The notes: generated by a model from the letters alone, not told the origin. A stretch of DNA of 51,626 nt from Aquificaceae bacterium (GCA_015492115.1 WGFS01000197.1:1-51626), one strand, 5' to 3'; counted from the first letter of the stretch, positions 8,131-19,394 are shown. Translations and numbers: made by a program.

Positions 8131-11100
8131 CTAAAAGTCAAACTTCCTTATGAACCTTAATTTTATCTCCGATGTGTTGTCCGCAAACACCCGCCCGTAG
8201 AAGTAGGTTCCACCCGGAAGGCTTATGCTCCCTCCGTAGTAAGTAGATCTTGGATCTTTCAGTGTGCTCTGCTGGTACTCTATGGTGAAAGCCCTCGCTA
8301 TCTTCTTCTTTATGTTAACGTTTATTCCTATATCTCCCTGAGTTCCCGTCTGGGTTGAGAGGGTTATATCAACTCCAAGGAGGCTTGAGAGTCCACTCCT
8401 CACGTTCCCAAGGTATCCAAGCTGTTTGAAAAGGGTCTTTGCGACCGGTATGAGTCCCTCCGCTGTACTACCTATTACGAGCTTTGTTAGTATCTCCTGG
8501 GTGCTCCTGGGTGGCTCAGACCAGACTACGATGCTGGGCTCCTCAAGGTCACCCCGGAGGTTTATGAAGATGCTCATATCTTCGGAGGGGTTTACAAGCG
8601 ATATGTCAATACTGCTCTCCTTAACCTCCTCCTCCCTCAGCAGGCTTACAGTTCCGCTCCTCACGAAGAACCTCCTCCCGAAGTATGTGAGTTCCCCGGA
8701 GAGAAATTCAACGTTCACAGCGTACCTTGGGTCGCTCGCCTTACCGCCGACCCATCCCTTCACCTTCACGTAGACGTAACCCTCCGGCAGGGAGACCCTT
8801 ATGGGTTTAGAAGTATCAAACCTTACATCAAGCTCTACCTCTTCAGCTCCCCTCTCCTTCTTGCCTTTACCTCCACCCAACTTTGTTATCTCAGCCTCAC
8901 CGCTGAGGAGCATGTCCATATTCACGGAGACCTTAGAGAGGTCTGATACCCTGACCCAGCCTTCGGAGCTGACATCAAGCTTCAGCGAGAAGGAGTGGGT
9001 TCTGTAGGCGAAGGGTAGATCCCTTGAGGTAAGGTAAACATAGTAACTCTTGAGGTCGTTGGAGCCCACGTTCGCGGAGAGCCCTGAGTTGTCCCTCCAC
9101 ACCGTTATGAAGGCTGACAGGCTCTTTCCGAGAGCTCTCAGCTCTACCCAGGCGTCCATAGGAAAGGCGAAGTATCTGGAGTAGGTGACAACCCTCCCCC
9201 TGTTCTTCAGAAGGAGGGACATATTACCCCTGCTGTAGGAAAATCTGTAGCCGAGCTTACCCTTAGCGTTACCCCCTATAGGTGTTGCGACGAAGAAGGA
9301 TAGAGCGTCAAGGTCAACGTCTCCGGAAGAGTTTACACTAAGCCCCTCCTCTTTACTATAGGAAACTACGGTCGTTCCGGAGATAGCTCCCTGGGATACA
9401 AGGGATAACTTTAAGGCTCTCTCCATAAGGTTAAAGGAGCCTTCCTTCTCCCTCAATACAACAGCGGGCTTGCCGAGTATGGAAAAGCTTACCTTCCCGA
9501 GCTCTATGTTTCCCCTGTAGCCTTCTCCTGTAACCCTCGCACCACCGAACTTTAGCTCAGAGACCCTGTACCTGTACGCAAATGGACTCACCCTGATCTC
9601 AAAATTTCCGTCGGAGTATTGGGCGGTCAGCCCAACGTCCGTCCGTTCTCCCTTTATGTCAAGGCTTGCCTGAGAGCGTACAGAACCCTCTGCGGGTGAG
9701 CCTCTGAACACAAACTCAGCCCGGAGGGGACCTTTCCTCACACTGCCGTGAGTTTTCAAGAGCTTCTTGTGAAGGTCTATAGAATACTCTCCCTCCAGGA
9801 GCTCGCTGACCTCATACCTTCCCTTTACACGGGAAGAGGCTATCTCCCCATTCACGCGTATATCTTCAGGGAAAAGTCTCTCCCCCACGCTCACATTCTT
9901 CGCCAGCAGAAGGAAGTTACCGGTCATCTCCTTTTCCTTCAGGAGTTTTAGCTTCCAGCTGAAGGGCACACTGACCCCCGCTCCCGACAGCCGGGACTCT
10001 TTAAGGTCAAGGGCAAGGGCGAGCTTTTCACCGCTCAGAGAGAGCTCAACACTTCCCTTATTCACGTATAGGGTGTAACCGCGGAACTTCCTTTTGAAGC
10101 TTTTCAGCTCTGTGATGGAGAGGATGCCACCTTTCATAGTCCCCTTTGCCTCTCCAGAGAAGCCCTCTCCTCTGTAAGTGAGGTCTATCCTTTCGCCCTT
10201 CAGCTCAACAGTATAGTTCACCTTTCCGAGGAGAAAGTCCCTGTAAAACACGTCCCCGAGTACTCCTCTCCCCTTGAGTATGGGCGTGCCCTCGTAATCA
10301 AACCTACCTCGGTAGGACAGAAAGGTTGACAGACCCCCTGAGACAAGGAGCAGGTTCTTTAACAGTAAGCGACTCCTGAAACTGCTGTTGTTTATATGTC
10401 CGCTCAGGTAAAGCTCCGCAGGGTTTCTGACCGCAAGCTCAAGACTCCCTTTCCCCGTTCTGTAGTTGTAGTCCATAGAGAACTCGGCTCCGCCGAATGC
10501 GAGCCCTTCAACCCCGATACCATCGGTCTCAGCTAAAAGGGAAAGGTCTCCTCTGTCAAGGTCAAGCTCAAGAGTTCCTCCTGCCCACGCAAAGAAGAAG
10601 TTCTCTGTGCCTATGAGCTCCGAATCTACAGGGAAGCGCCTCACCGTGAGGCTAAGGTGCTTCCTCGGCATCAGCTCAAGGCTGTAATCCGCATCTATAC
10701 TTGGACTCTCAAGCCTGCCTCTCAGCGTTAGCTCTTTTCCAAAGAGCAGGGTGGCGAGCCCCGAAGCCCTGACCCCTGAAAAGCTCTTCCTGCCCTTTAC
10801 CCAGACCTTTTCAGTTTCCGCCTTCAGCAGAATGCTGACACCCCTGTAATTTGCCCTGCCCCTTCCCTGAAGCTTCACAGGAGCTACATACACTGTAGGC
10901 AGGTCAATTTCTTTAACCGTCCCTGCGAGTTCAAAGCTTGCTGTCGGTTCTCCTTCTTTAACAATACCTCTTAAAGAGAGATCAAAGAGATCTGAGCTCA
11001 ATTTTAAGGACTCTACACCAATTCCCTCCTTTAACAGCCTGACCCGTCCTATCCGAACGTTTACCTGCCTTCCCTCAGCGAGAACCTTCACTTCACCTTT

Positions 11101-11535
11101 TAGGGTACGGTCTTTAAGTTTTACTCCCTCAGCCAGCACACTGATATTGCCCTCTCCCGCATAAGTGAAGAGAAACTTTCCAATCTCAAGCTCCATGGTC
11201 TTCAGGAACTCCGGGACTACAAGGTAGGGAGGTTTTCTCTCTCCCCCTTTCTTCCCTCGGGATCTTGCCCCCTCAACTATCGTAAGGTTTCCCTCTCTTA
11301 GGGATAACTTCGGCTCTTCATGGAGTTCAAGGGAAAGCCCTGTGAGGTTGAGGAAGATGTACTTTCCTTGGAAAGGTAAGTAGAGGTACATGAGCCTGAC
11401 TCTAAGGTTAAAAGGGGAGAGGCTTAAGCCAAGCCCCTCAACCCTGTAGTAAACACGCTTTGCTGTCAGGTAAGGCTTGACAACGAGGAAGTAGAGGGAG
11501 AGCAAGAGGAGAAGAAGGAAGGCAACATAGCGCAT
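8131..11535 (-). CDS. tamB: TamB-like translocation/assembly module protein
   Basis: N-terminal TM anchor, long beta-rich body, C-terminal DUF490-like region (SEPPRSTQEIL), aromatic terminus. Confidence 0.75.
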   Translation of the reverse strand: MRYVAFLLLLLLSLYFLVVKPYLTAKRVYYRVEGLGLSLSPFNLRVRLMYLYLPFQGKYIFLNLTGLSLELHEEPKLSLREGNLTIVEGARSRGKKGGERKPPYLVVPEFLKTMELEIGKFLFTYAGEGNISVLAEGVKLKDRTLKGEVKVLAEGRQVNVRIGRVRLLKEGIGVESLKLSSDLFDLSLRGIVKEGEPTASFELAGTVKEIDLPTVYVAPVKLQGRGRANYRGVSILLKAETEKVWVKGRKSFSGVRASGLATLLFGKELTLRGRLESPSIDADYSLELMPRKHLSLTVRRFPVDSELIGTENFFFAWAGGTLELDLDRGDLSLLAETDGIGVEGLAFGGAEFSMDYNYRTGKGSLELAVRNPAELYLSGHINNSSFRSRLLLKNLLLVSGGLSTFLSYRGRFDYEGTPILKGRGVLGDVFYRDFLLGKVNYTVELKGERIDLTYRGEGFSGEAKGTMKGGILSITELKSFKRKFRGYTLYVNKGSVELSLSGEKLALALDLKESRLSGAGVSVPFSWKLKLLKEKEMTGNFLLLAKNVSVGERLFPEDIRVNGEIASSRVKGRYEVSELLEGEYSIDLHKKLLKTHGSVRKGPLRAEFVFRGSPAEGSVRSQASLDIKGERTDVGLTAQYSDGNFEIRVSPFAYRYRVSELKFGGARVTGEGYRGNIELGKVSFSILGKPAVVLREKEGSFNLMERALKLSLVSQGAISGTTVVSYSKEEGLSVNSSGDVDLDALSFFVATPIGGNAKGKLGYRFSYSRGNMSLLLKNRGRVVTYSRYFAFPMDAWVELRALGKSLSAFITVWRDNSGLSANVGSNDLKSYYVYLTSRDLPFAYRTHSFSLKLDVSSEGWVRVSDLSKVSVNMDMLLSGEAEITKLGGGKGKKERGAEEVELDVRFDTSKPIRVSLPEGYVYVKVKGWVGGKASDPRYAVNVEFLSGELTYFGRRFFVRSGTVSLLREEEVKESSIDISLVNPSEDMSIFINLRGDLEEPSIVVWSEPPRSTQEILTKLVIGSTAEGLIPVAKTLFKQLGYLGNVRSGLSSLLGVDITLSTQTGTQGDIGINVNIKKKIARAFTIEYQQSTLKDPRSTYYGGSISLPGGTYFYGRVFADNTSEIKLRFIRKFDF

Positions 11536-11539
11536 ACAT

Positions 11540-12178
11540 TCATTCTATTCCGTGCATCTTGAGGTTCTCCTTTATCCTGTGGAGTAGCTCTGCGGGGTTG
11601 TTTATCGGGTAGTCTAACTCTCCAACCACCTCCTCAGCCTTCCTTCCCTTTATCATCACGCCTGTGAGCTTCTCCCTTATGTCCTCAGCTGAGTGTATGG
11701 GGAAGTCCGTCCCCTTTATCCTCTTGAGAACCATGTAAGCCCAGGGTATATCAAGGGCGACAGCGGTCTGGGTGCAGTACTCAAGGAAGATCTTGGGTTC
11801 CTCGTGTCCCTCCTTGACGAGCTTATAAGCGAGCTTGGCTATACCACCCGCGGTGTGAACCCTTAGCTCCTTCTTCTCCTCCTGAGTGAGCTCGTCTATG
11901 TGCTCTATCTTGTACATGGCGAGCTCGGGGTCAGCCCTGAGGATGTTCCTGACTGTCTGTCTCGTTAAGCCGACCAGCTCGGCTATCTCCTCCTCCGTCT
12001 TCAGGTACTCTTCCCTCAGCACTACAGCAAAGGAAGCCCTGGCAAGAGAGGGTAGCCATGTGAGCGTTTTGAACTCTGCAAGCTTATGAAGCCCACCCAG
12101 CAGGTCTATAGCCTTCAGAAAGACCCTTGTAACCAGGGGCTCAACGTCAACTTCCACAGGTTTGAGCTCTATAACCAT
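11540..12178 (-). CDS. HTH protein of the KaiC-associated regulatory-domain type
   Basis: LTWLPSLARA...TEEEIAELVGLTRQTVRNILR...HTAGG signature. Confidence 0.7.
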   Translation of the reverse strand: MVIELKPVEVDVEPLVTRVFLKAIDLLGGLHKLAEFKTLTWLPSLARASFAVVLREEYLKTEEEIAELVGLTRQTVRNILRADPELAMYKIEHIDELTQEEKKELRVHTAGGIAKLAYKLVKEGHEEPKIFLEYCTQTAVALDIPWAYMVLKRIKGTDFPIHSAEDIREKLTGVMIKGRKAEEVVGELDYPINNPAELLHRIKENLKMHGIE

Positions 12179-12206
12179 CTCTCCACCTCCTTCTCCTTAT
12201 TCTAAA

Positions 12207-12279
12207 TCGGGGTGCCGGGACTTGAACCCGGGACCTCTGGCCCCCCATGCCAGCGCGCTGCCACCTGCGCTACACCCCG
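12207..12279 (-). tRNA. tRNA-Pro(GGG), CCA not encoded
   Basis: Minus strand CGGGGTG/CACCCCG acceptor stem, CTGGC-ATGGGGG-GCCAG anticodon arm, GGTTCAAGTCC. Confidence 0.95.
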
Positions 12280-12292
12280 TCCTTACTTTTAA

Positions 12293-12595
12293 TTATACTT
12301 TCTTGAGTTTTAGCTCAACCAGTTCTAAGAGTTTCTTGCTGGGTTTGAATACTATAACCTTCCTGTCGGGGACGGGCACCTCTTCCCCTGTCCTTGGGTT
12401 CCTGCCGATCTTTCCCTTCCTGGTCTTAACTATGAAGGTTCCAAAACCAGATATCTGAACTTTCTCCCCCTTCTTTAGAGTTTCCTCTATGAGCTCAAAT
12501 ATCTCGGAGACTATCTGATAGATCTCCTTCTTTGTCGCTTCAAACTCCTCTTCACACCTTCCGTAGATGAGGTTTGCTATGTCCTTCTTAGTCAT
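12293..12595 (-). CDS. HU/IHF family DNA-binding protein
   Basis: GEKVQISGFGTF, GRNPRTGE, FKPSK. Confidence 0.95.
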   Translation of the reverse strand: MTKKDIANLIYGRCEEEFEATKKEIYQIVSEIFELIEETLKKGEKVQISGFGTFIVKTRKGKIGRNPRTGEEVPVPDRKVIVFKPSKKLLELVELKLKKV

Positions 12596-12611
12596 AACAG
12601 AGCTCCAAACC

Positions 12612-14219
12612 TTACATCTTCCACTTCTTCTTCAGGATATCCCCGAGCTTGAAGCCCGCGGTTGAAACCTCTTCTTCTTGGGTGTGGGGCTCCTCGGTTT
12701 TCTCTTCTTCTCCTCTGAGAGCTTTGATGGAGAAGGTTATCTTCCCTTCCTTCGGGTTCAGGTCAATTATCTGTACCTCGTACTCCTCTCCAACATCAAG
12801 TTTTACGTCCCTCGGAACCTCTGATAGGGGGAGGAGACCTTCAACGCCCTCCGGAAGCTCAAGGAAGGCACCAAAGGGCATAACTTCCTTTGCCTTCAGC
12901 GTGATCACATCTCCAACCTTGTACCTTTCCTGAACAATCTCCCAGGGGTTTGGAGTGAGCTGTTTTATCCCAAGCTTTATGTACTTGCCTTCCGTTCCAA
13001 GGATGACGAACTCCCTCTCCTCTCCTTCCTTGAGAACCTCTTCTATCCTCTTTGGCTTGGTCCATGAGAGGTCGCTCCTGTGGATGACACCTTTGACTTT
13101 CTCATCTCCGAGGTCAACTATAGCCTTGCTCCCCTCTATCCTCTCAACCTTTCCCTTGACCTTTGAACCCACAGGGTTCTTATCAAGGAACTCCTCCCAG
13201 GGTTTGGGAAGAGCCTGCCTTATGCTCAGTATGACCCTCTTCCTCTTGGGCTCTATCCTGAGTATCTTTGCCTTAACGTTCTCCCCCTTCTGAGGTGCCT
13301 CTCCGTTCCAGCTGACCTCTTCTGAGGGGACAAAGCCTTCAAGCCCTTCCTCTATGTCAAGAACAACACCTTTGGAGACAACCTGGGAAACCCTTGCCTC
13401 TATGAGATCTCCCACCTTGTGCTCTCTCGTGAACTTCTCCCATGGGTTCTCCTTTAACTCCCTGAGAGAGACTATGAGGAAGTCCTTATCCCTGCTCTTC
13501 TTCTTTACCCTGACCTTTATGGTCTCGTCAACTTCAGCATAGTTGAAGGGGTTCTTGTCCCTGCCCCAGGAGAGTTCCTCCTTAGGCAGGAAGGCTCTCA
13601 GGACTCCCTCTATGAGCAGGGTTATCCCCTTGTTCGGGTCTATCTTTATGACCTTACCCTCAACTATGTCTCCCCTGTTTAGCTTCTTCAGAAGCTCCTG
13701 CTTCCTCTTCTCCCTCTCCTCTTCAAGGTAAGCCCTGTGAGATACGATCACCTTGGGTCTTTCCTTCTGGAGGCTTATCTCTATAACCTTAACCCTGACA
13801 GGTTTTCCAACGCTGAGCTTCTTGCCAGCTTCGCTCGCAGGCAGAAAAGCCTTAACCCCTTCTATATCAACTATAAAGCCTCCTCTCGTCTTCTTCTCAA
13901 CGTTTCCGACGACCTCTCGCCCTTCAACGTAAGCCTTCTGGAGCTCTTCAAGTCCTTTCTGCTGGGAGATTATCCTGTACGATAGGCGTGGGTAGTCCAG
14001 ACGGGGAGATATCTTGACTATCACAGCCTGTATCTCATCTCCTTCCTTTATATCCTCGTTAACCTCCTCACGGGGTATCACCCCCTCAACCTTGTAGCCG
14101 ATGTCCACGTACACGTATCTCTCGTCTATCTTTATTACCTTGCCCTTTACTATCTTCCCTCTCTTGAAGGCTTCTTCTTGCGGGAGGGCTTCGCTCAGGA
14201 GTTTTTCAAATTCGTTCAT
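12612..14219 (-). CDS. rpsA: 30S ribosomal protein S1
   Basis: Six S1 repeats; start moved to MNEF (14219), which has a GGAGG RBS, because the upstream ATG overlaps a TATAAT box. Confidence 0.92.
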   Translation of the reverse strand: MNEFEKLLSEALPQEEAFKRGKIVKGKVIKIDERYVYVDIGYKVEGVIPREEVNEDIKEGDEIQAVIVKISPRLDYPRLSYRIISQQKGLEELQKAYVEGREVVGNVEKKTRGGFIVDIEGVKAFLPASEAGKKLSVGKPVRVKVIEISLQKERPKVIVSHRAYLEEEREKRKQELLKKLNRGDIVEGKVIKIDPNKGITLLIEGVLRAFLPKEELSWGRDKNPFNYAEVDETIKVRVKKKSRDKDFLIVSLRELKENPWEKFTREHKVGDLIEARVSQVVSKGVVLDIEEGLEGFVPSEEVSWNGEAPQKGENVKAKILRIEPKRKRVILSIRQALPKPWEEFLDKNPVGSKVKGKVERIEGSKAIVDLGDEKVKGVIHRSDLSWTKPKRIEEVLKEGEEREFVILGTEGKYIKLGIKQLTPNPWEIVQERYKVGDVITLKAKEVMPFGAFLELPEGVEGLLPLSEVPRDVKLDVGEEYEVQIIDLNPKEGKITFSIKALRGEEEKTEEPHTQEEEVSTAGFKLGDILKKKWKM

Positions 14220-14241
14220 TAGGTCCTCCACGGGAGAATAC

Positions 14242-14250
14242 ATTATAGCA
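14242..14250 (-). promoter_or_regulatory. Extended -10 promoter for the rpsA-HU-tRNAPro unit
   Basis: TGCTATAAT on the minus strand upstream of the rpsA RBS. Confidence 0.6.
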
Positions 14251-14306
14251 AAAATTCCCGAGTATCAAATTTCTGGATTATATTATTAAACCTGACAGGA
14301 GGCGTT

Positions 14307-14771
14307 ATGGAGTTCTTCTTCTTTCTTGATATCTATGCGGACAGACAGCTGATAGATTACTACATACTGTCTTTCAAGCTTGGGAACATCAAGTCCGTTG
14401 AGCTCAAGCAGTGGTCGGGGAAGAACTACATAGTGGGAATAAGGGACTGGGACAGGTTCAGGAAGACAACCTACGACATAGTCCTGTACGAGCTTGGAGA
14501 CGAGATAGAGAGGTTCAAGGACATAGAGACAGCCTTCAGGGAAGGATACAAGATAGCCTACAGGGAGGCCGCACGCAGGGGAGCGAAGAGGATACTCCCT
14601 GCGATCGGCTATGGGAACCCACCCGTTGAGGTTGTGAAGAGGTTCTTCCCTGTTGAGCCTGAGTTTGAGAGGTTTCCCGAAGACATAGATAAGTTCCTTG
14701 AAGAGGTTGTTAAGAACACGCCCAAGGAACTCACAAGGAGAGGATTCGGAGATGACGAGCCAGCTTTCTGA
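14307..14771 (+). CDS. Hypothetical protein
   Basis: AGGAGG RBS, typical codon usage, overlaps the hslU start. Confidence 0.8.
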   Translation: MEFFFFLDIYADRQLIDYYILSFKLGNIKSVELKQWSGKNYIVGIRDWDRFRKTTYDIVLYELGDEIERFKDIETAFREGYKIAYREAARRGAKRILPAIGYGNPPVEVVKRFFPVEPEFERFPEDIDKFLEEVVKNTPKELTRRGFGDDEPAF

Positions 14772-16101
14772 GCTCCTGGAAGAGCTCACCCCCAAGAGAA
14801 CAGTTGAGGAACTCAACAAGTATGTAGTGGGGCAGGAGGATGCGAAGAAGGCTGTCGCGATAGCCCTCAGGAACAGGTGGAGGAGGCAGAAGCTTCCCGA
14901 CTACATAAGGGACGAGGTAGCCCCTAAAAATATCCTGATGATAGGACCCACGGGGGTGGGTAAGACGGAGATAGCGAGGAGGCTGGCGGGTCTCATAAAG
15001 GCTCCCTTCGTTAAGGTGGAGGCGACCAAGTACACGGAGGTCGGTTACGTTGGAAGGGATGTGGAGTCAATGGTCAGGGAGCTCGCAGAGGTCTCCTATC
15101 AGATGGTAAAGAGGGAGAAGGTTGAAAGGGTCAGGGAGAGGGCGAGAAAGCTTGCGGAAGAGAGGATACTTGACTACCTTGTTCCCCAGCAGTTCACCAG
15201 CTTTGGGATAAGGGAGTCCCGGGATGCGGGGAAGAGGGAAGAGCTCAGGGAGAAGCTCAGGAGGGGAGAGCTGGACGATAAGGTCATAGAGATAGACGTC
15301 CAGGAGAAGGCGGTTCCCATGGTTGGCATAGCAGGACCTCCCGGCTTTGAAGAGCTGGAGAACCAGCTCAGGGAGATGTTCTCAAACCTCATGCCTTCCA
15401 AAAAGAGGAGAAAACTCAGGGTAAGGGAGGCTCTTCACATCCTAGAACAGGAGGAAGCTGAAAAGCTGATAGACATGGAGGAGGTGGCACGGGAGGCTGT
15501 CTTCAGGGCTGAGAACTTCGGGATAATATTCATAGACGAGATAGACAAGATAGCTGTAAAGACGCCGGGCACGGGACCCGGCGTGTCAAGAGAGGGAGTT
15601 CAGAGGGATCTCCTACCCATACTTGAGGGCACGACCGTAAACACCAAGTACGGACCTGTGAAGACAGATCACATACTCTTCATAGGGGCTGGAGCCTTTC
15701 ACATGGCAAAACCCTCAGACCTCATACCAGAGCTCCAGGGAAGGTTCCCCATAAGGGTTGAGCTCAAGCCCCTGACCAAGGAGGACTTCGTAAAAATACT
15801 GACTGAGCCAGAGAACGCGCTTACCAAGCAGTATGTGGAACTTCTCAGAACGGAAGGGGTTGAGATAGAGTTCACAGAGGACGCCATAGAGGAGATAGCC
15901 CGCATATCCGAGGACGCCAACAACAGGACTGAGAACATAGGCGCGAGGAGGCTCCACACGGTTATGGAGAGGCTCCTTGAGGACATATCCTTCAACGCTC
16001 CGGAGATGAGCGGTCAGCACATAATAATTGATAGCAAGTTCGTGAGGGCAAAGCTTGAGGGAATAGTCAGGGACGAGGAGTTAAGCAGATACATCCTTTA
16101 A
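14752..16101 (+). CDS. hslU: ATP-dependent protease ATPase subunit HslU
   Basis: [40 protein letters not shown]-terminus. Confidence 0.97.
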   Translation: MTSQLSELLEELTPKRTVEELNKYVVGQEDAKKAVAIALRNRWRRQKLPDYIRDEVAPKNILMIGPTGVGKTEIARRLAGLIKAPFVKVEATKYTEVGYVGRDVESMVRELAEVSYQMVKREKVERVRERARKLAEERILDYLVPQQFTSFGIRESRDAGKREELREKLRRGELDDKVIEIDVQEKAVPMVGIAGPPGFEELENQLREMFSNLMPSKKRRKLRVREALHILEQEEAEKLIDMEEVAREAVFRAENFGIIFIDEIDKIAVKTPGTGPGVSREGVQRDLLPILEGTTVNTKYGPVKTDHILFIGAGAFHMAKPSDLIPELQGRFPIRVELKPLTKEDFVKILTEPENALTKQYVELLRTEGVEIEFTEDAIEEIARISEDANNRTENIGARRLHTVMERLLEDISFNAPEMSGQHIIIDSKFVRAKLEGIVRDEELSRYIL

Positions 16102-17454
16102 GAAGTTCTTAAGCCACCAGTGGATGTCCTCGTTCACAACCTTCTTTTTCAACATCTCCATCCTCTCCCTCCTCTCACGTTTTCGCATCTTCAAAGCCAT
16201 GTAGATAGCTTCGGCTATAGCTTCCTCGTCAAAGGGGTTCACGATGAGGGCTCCGTCCATCAGCTGTACGCTAACACCAGCGAACTCACTCAGTATCAGG
16301 ACGCCATCGTTGTCCCTCTTGGAGGCAACGTACTCCTTTGATACGAGGTTCAGACCGTCTATCAGGGGTGTCACAAGGGCGAAGTCCGCAACCATATAGA
16401 GGGAAGCCAGTCTTTCATCTCTGTAATTCTTATAGTAGTAGTATATAGGCACCCACCCGGGCTCCCCAAATTTCCCCTCAATCATACCCACTATCTCGTC
16501 CGTTTTCCTCTTTATGTCCATGTAATCTTCAAGCCTCGTTCTTGTAGGCGCAGCGATCTGAATGAAGGAGACCTTACCCCTGAATGAGGGGTACTTCTCA
16601 AAGAACCTACCTATGCCCCTGAACTTTTCCTCAAGTCCCTTTGTGTAGTCCAGCCTGTCAACGCCTATCCCCACGTACTCAACGCCGAGCTTCTTCCTAA
16701 GGTTCCTCGCATACTTCACAACCTTGGGCTCTGAGGTGAGCCTTTCCCATCTCTCCACATCTATACCTATCGGTATCGCCCTCACCTTTATCTTTCTGCC
16801 ATTCCAGTAAATGGTGTCGTCATCGTAAAGCGCTCCAAGTATATCCCTTGCACACTCCTGAAAGTTATGAACATAGTGCTGGGTGTGAAAACCTATGACG
16901 TCCGCCCCGAGCATACCTTCAAGTATCTCCCTTCTCTGTGGCAGGAACCTGAGCATGAAGTAGGGAGGAAAGGGTATGTGCCAGAACATGTATATGGTAT
17001 CCTCTATACCCTGTTCCTTTAGCAGTTTTGGAACGAGGGCGAGCTGATAGTCGTTCACCAGTATCTTTGAGCCCGGAGTATAGACCTCTGAAACAGCCCT
17101 GGCAAACTTTCTGTTCACCCTTCTGTAACCGAGCCAGTACCTGCTGTCAAAGTGCGTTCTGTTAAGGAACATGTGGCAGAGAGGCCACAGGGTCTCGTTG
17201 GAAAAGCCGTAGTAGTACTCGGAGACGTCATTGCTCGTAAGGGGAACCTGCTTCATGAGAAAGTCTTCTGTTATGCGGGTCTCTAAGGGGGTCTTCTGTC
17301 CCTTCCTGCCCCAGCATATCCACACGCCTCCTTCCTTTCTCAGTATGGGTTCAAGGGCTGAGACGAGCCCTCCGACCGTCTTCTCTAATCTGCCTCTTCC
17401 CCTTGAAGTTTCTACCCTGTAGGGTTCTCTGTTTGATACTACTATCAATTTCAT
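16081..17454 (-). CDS. otsA: Trehalose-6-phosphate synthase (GT20)
   Basis: [44 protein letters not shown]. Confidence 0.95.
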   Translation of the reverse strand: MKLIVVSNREPYRVETSRGRGRLEKTVGGLVSALEPILRKEGGVWICWGRKGQKTPLETRITEDFLMKQVPLTSNDVSEYYYGFSNETLWPLCHMFLNRTHFDSRYWLGYRRVNRKFARAVSEVYTPGSKILVNDYQLALVPKLLKEQGIEDTIYMFWHIPFPPYFMLRFLPQRREILEGMLGADVIGFHTQHYVHNFQECARDILGALYDDDTIYWNGRKIKVRAIPIGIDVERWERLTSEPKVVKYARNLRKKLGVEYVGIGVDRLDYTKGLEEKFRGIGRFFEKYPSFRGKVSFIQIAAPTRTRLEDYMDIKRKTDEIVGMIEGKFGEPGWVPIYYYYKNYRDERLASLYMVADFALVTPLIDGLNLVSKEYVASKRDNDGVLILSEFAGVSVQLMDGALIVNPFDEEAIAEAIYMALKMRKRERRERMEMLKKKVVNEDIHWWLKNFLKDVSA

Positions 17455-17464
17455 TAATTTTTTA

Positions 17465-17507
17465 ATATTAGATTTGTATGGACAGGCTGTCAAGAAAAGT
17501 ATAGATT
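17465..17507. promoter_or_regulatory. Overlapping divergent sigma70-type promoters for otsA and otsB
   Basis: Minus: TTGACA (17488-17493)-17-TAATAT (17465-17470). Plus: TGGACA (17479-17484)-17-TAGATT (17502-17507). Confidence 0.65.
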
Positions 17508-17514
17508 TTTCAAT

Positions 17515-18222
17515 ATGATCTTGCTTCTGGACTACGATGGCACACTTGTACCCATAGTTTGCAGACCAGAAGAGGCAAAAATAGAAGCTAAGAGGAAGAA
17601 ATTTCTTGAAGAGCTCTCAAAAAAACACAGAGTTGCCATAGTTACTGGAAGAAGCATGGAGAGCTTCAGAGAAGTTTTCGGGGAAATTCCGGAGACACTC
17701 TACGTTATCACATCCCATGGAGCCAAGATCTTTAAAGGAAGTACCCTGATTGAGAACTTTCTGGGTGCAAAACTCCCAGATCTTTCCCCTTTAAAGAAAA
17801 AAATAACCTCTATGAAGGGTATCTTACTGGAGGAGAAGGAGGGATGCTTTGCACTCCACTACAGGAACTTCCCTGGAGAGGAAACGGAGGTGAGGAAACT
17901 TTTTGAAGAGTTCGTAAGGGAGAACCCACCTGTCAGGGTGATAGAGGGGAAAAAGGTTCTTGAAGCTGTCTATGAAAGGGTGGACAAAGGGAAGGCTGTT
18001 GAGAACTTTTTAAGACTCGTTGGATGGGATGGAAAGGAAAGGGTGATATACATAGGCGATGATACAACAGACCTTTACGCCCTCAGAAAGGTCAAGGAGC
18101 TGGGAGGTATCCCCGTGTTCGTTGGCAGAGAGAAGCCCCCGGAAGCTGAGGTGCTCCTACATAGTGTAGATGACGTTTACGGGTTCCTATCAAGACTTGA
18201 GGAGCTTGTAAACGACAAGTAG
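17515..18222 (+). CDS. otsB: Trehalose-6-phosphate phosphatase (HAD)
   Basis: DYDGTL, VTGR, ALHYR, GKKVLE, IGDDTTD. Confidence 0.93.
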   Translation: MILLLDYDGTLVPIVCRPEEAKIEAKRKKFLEELSKKHRVAIVTGRSMESFREVFGEIPETLYVITSHGAKIFKGSTLIENFLGAKLPDLSPLKKKITSMKGILLEEKEGCFALHYRNFPGEETEVRKLFEEFVRENPPVRVIEGKKVLEAVYERVDKGKAVENFLRLVGWDGKERVIYIGDDTTDLYALRKVKELGGIPVFVGREKPPEAEVLLHSVDDVYGFLSRLEELVNDK

Positions 18223-19392
18223 GTAGTCCTTGATATGCCTCGTGATGAGGAAGCTGTGCCTCACCCTCTCGTGGGCGTTCCTGCCCATCTCCTCCCTGTC
18301 CTTCGGATTGGCGAGTAGCTGTTTTACCCTGAAGGCTGTCCCCTCAATGCTGTTTACCAGATAACCTGTTACACCGTTTATTATCTGCCTCCTTATACCA
18401 CCTATGTTACTGCCTATGACGGGCTTGTACTTCCACATCGCTTCAGAGACAACGAGCCCAAACCCTTCCCTTATAGACTTCTGAACCACAACCGTCGCCG
18501 ACCTCTGAAGGGCGTTTATCTCCCTGTGGCTGTCTGGAGGAAGATTGAGAACAAATATGTCCTGATCATCACCCTTAGCCTCCATAACCTCCCTGTAAAC
18601 CTCTGCACCCTCAGGGTCGTCGTCCGCAAAGGAGCCCGCGAGGACAAGCTGACAGTCGTACCTCCTCTTCACCATCCTGTAAGCCTCTATAACCCCTATG
18701 GGGTCTTTTAAACGGTCAAACCGTGATACCTGAAGAACTATGGGTCTCTCCGGGTCTATCCCAAACCTCTCTAGGGTGCTCTTTATAAACCCCTCGTCAA
18801 GCTCCCTGTTCTTATCGTGAATAGGGTCTATGGAGGGAGGAATTATGAAGGCAGGTATCTGGACTCCCTCCCTCACAAACTCGGGGATGTGAAATATGCT
18901 CCCATCGTATCCGTTCACGAACATCTCAAGGAACTTCCAGACCTCCTCATCGGGCGTTGATATGTCTATGTGGCACCTCCATATCCATCTCTGCCCCTGT
19001 TTCTTCTTCACTATGAGTCCAAGAGGCTGGGGGTCGTGGATGAACACAACATCGTAGTAGTCTGTATCTATGTGGGATACATTCTCATAGGTCTGTCTCA
19101 TATAGGTGATCACGTCCTGGTGGCTCAGGGTTTCCCTCCCCGGCATGTGGAGGAGGTTGTGTATCTTCTTGGTTACCTTGAAGAACTCTACGTTTCCCCT
19201 GATAACCTCCCAGTGGGTCTCTATACCGAGTTCGTTCATGAGAGGAACCATACGGTGAAGTATCTCTGCGACACCACCTCCGTGCTTGGTGGAGTTCACG
19301 TGGAGAATACGAACACCCTTGAGCTCCTTTGCAAGCTGTTTCAGTTCGTTCAGCGTTCCCTCGTCTATGTACTTTGCGTACTCCTCAAACAT
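18190..19392 (-). CDS. treT: TreT-type trehalose glycosyltransferring synthase (GT4)
   Basis: NSTKHGGGVAEIL, HDPQP, WRCHID, QVSRFD, QKSIREGFGL. Confidence 0.9.
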   Translation of the reverse strand: MFEEYAKYIDEGTLNELKQLAKELKGVRILHVNSTKHGGGVAEILHRMVPLMNELGIETHWEVIRGNVEFFKVTKKIHNLLHMPGRETLSHQDVITYMRQTYENVSHIDTDYYDVVFIHDPQPLGLIVKKKQGQRWIWRCHIDISTPDEEVWKFLEMFVNGYDGSIFHIPEFVREGVQIPAFIIPPSIDPIHDKNRELDEGFIKSTLERFGIDPERPIVLQVSRFDRLKDPIGVIEAYRMVKRRYDCQLVLAGSFADDDPEGAEVYREVMEAKGDDQDIFVLNLPPDSHREINALQRSATVVVQKSIREGFGLVVSEAMWKYKPVIGSNIGGIRRQIINGVTGYLVNSIEGTAFRVKQLLANPKDREEMGRNAHERVRHSFLITRHIKDYLLVVYKLLKS

Positions 19393-19394
19393 GC

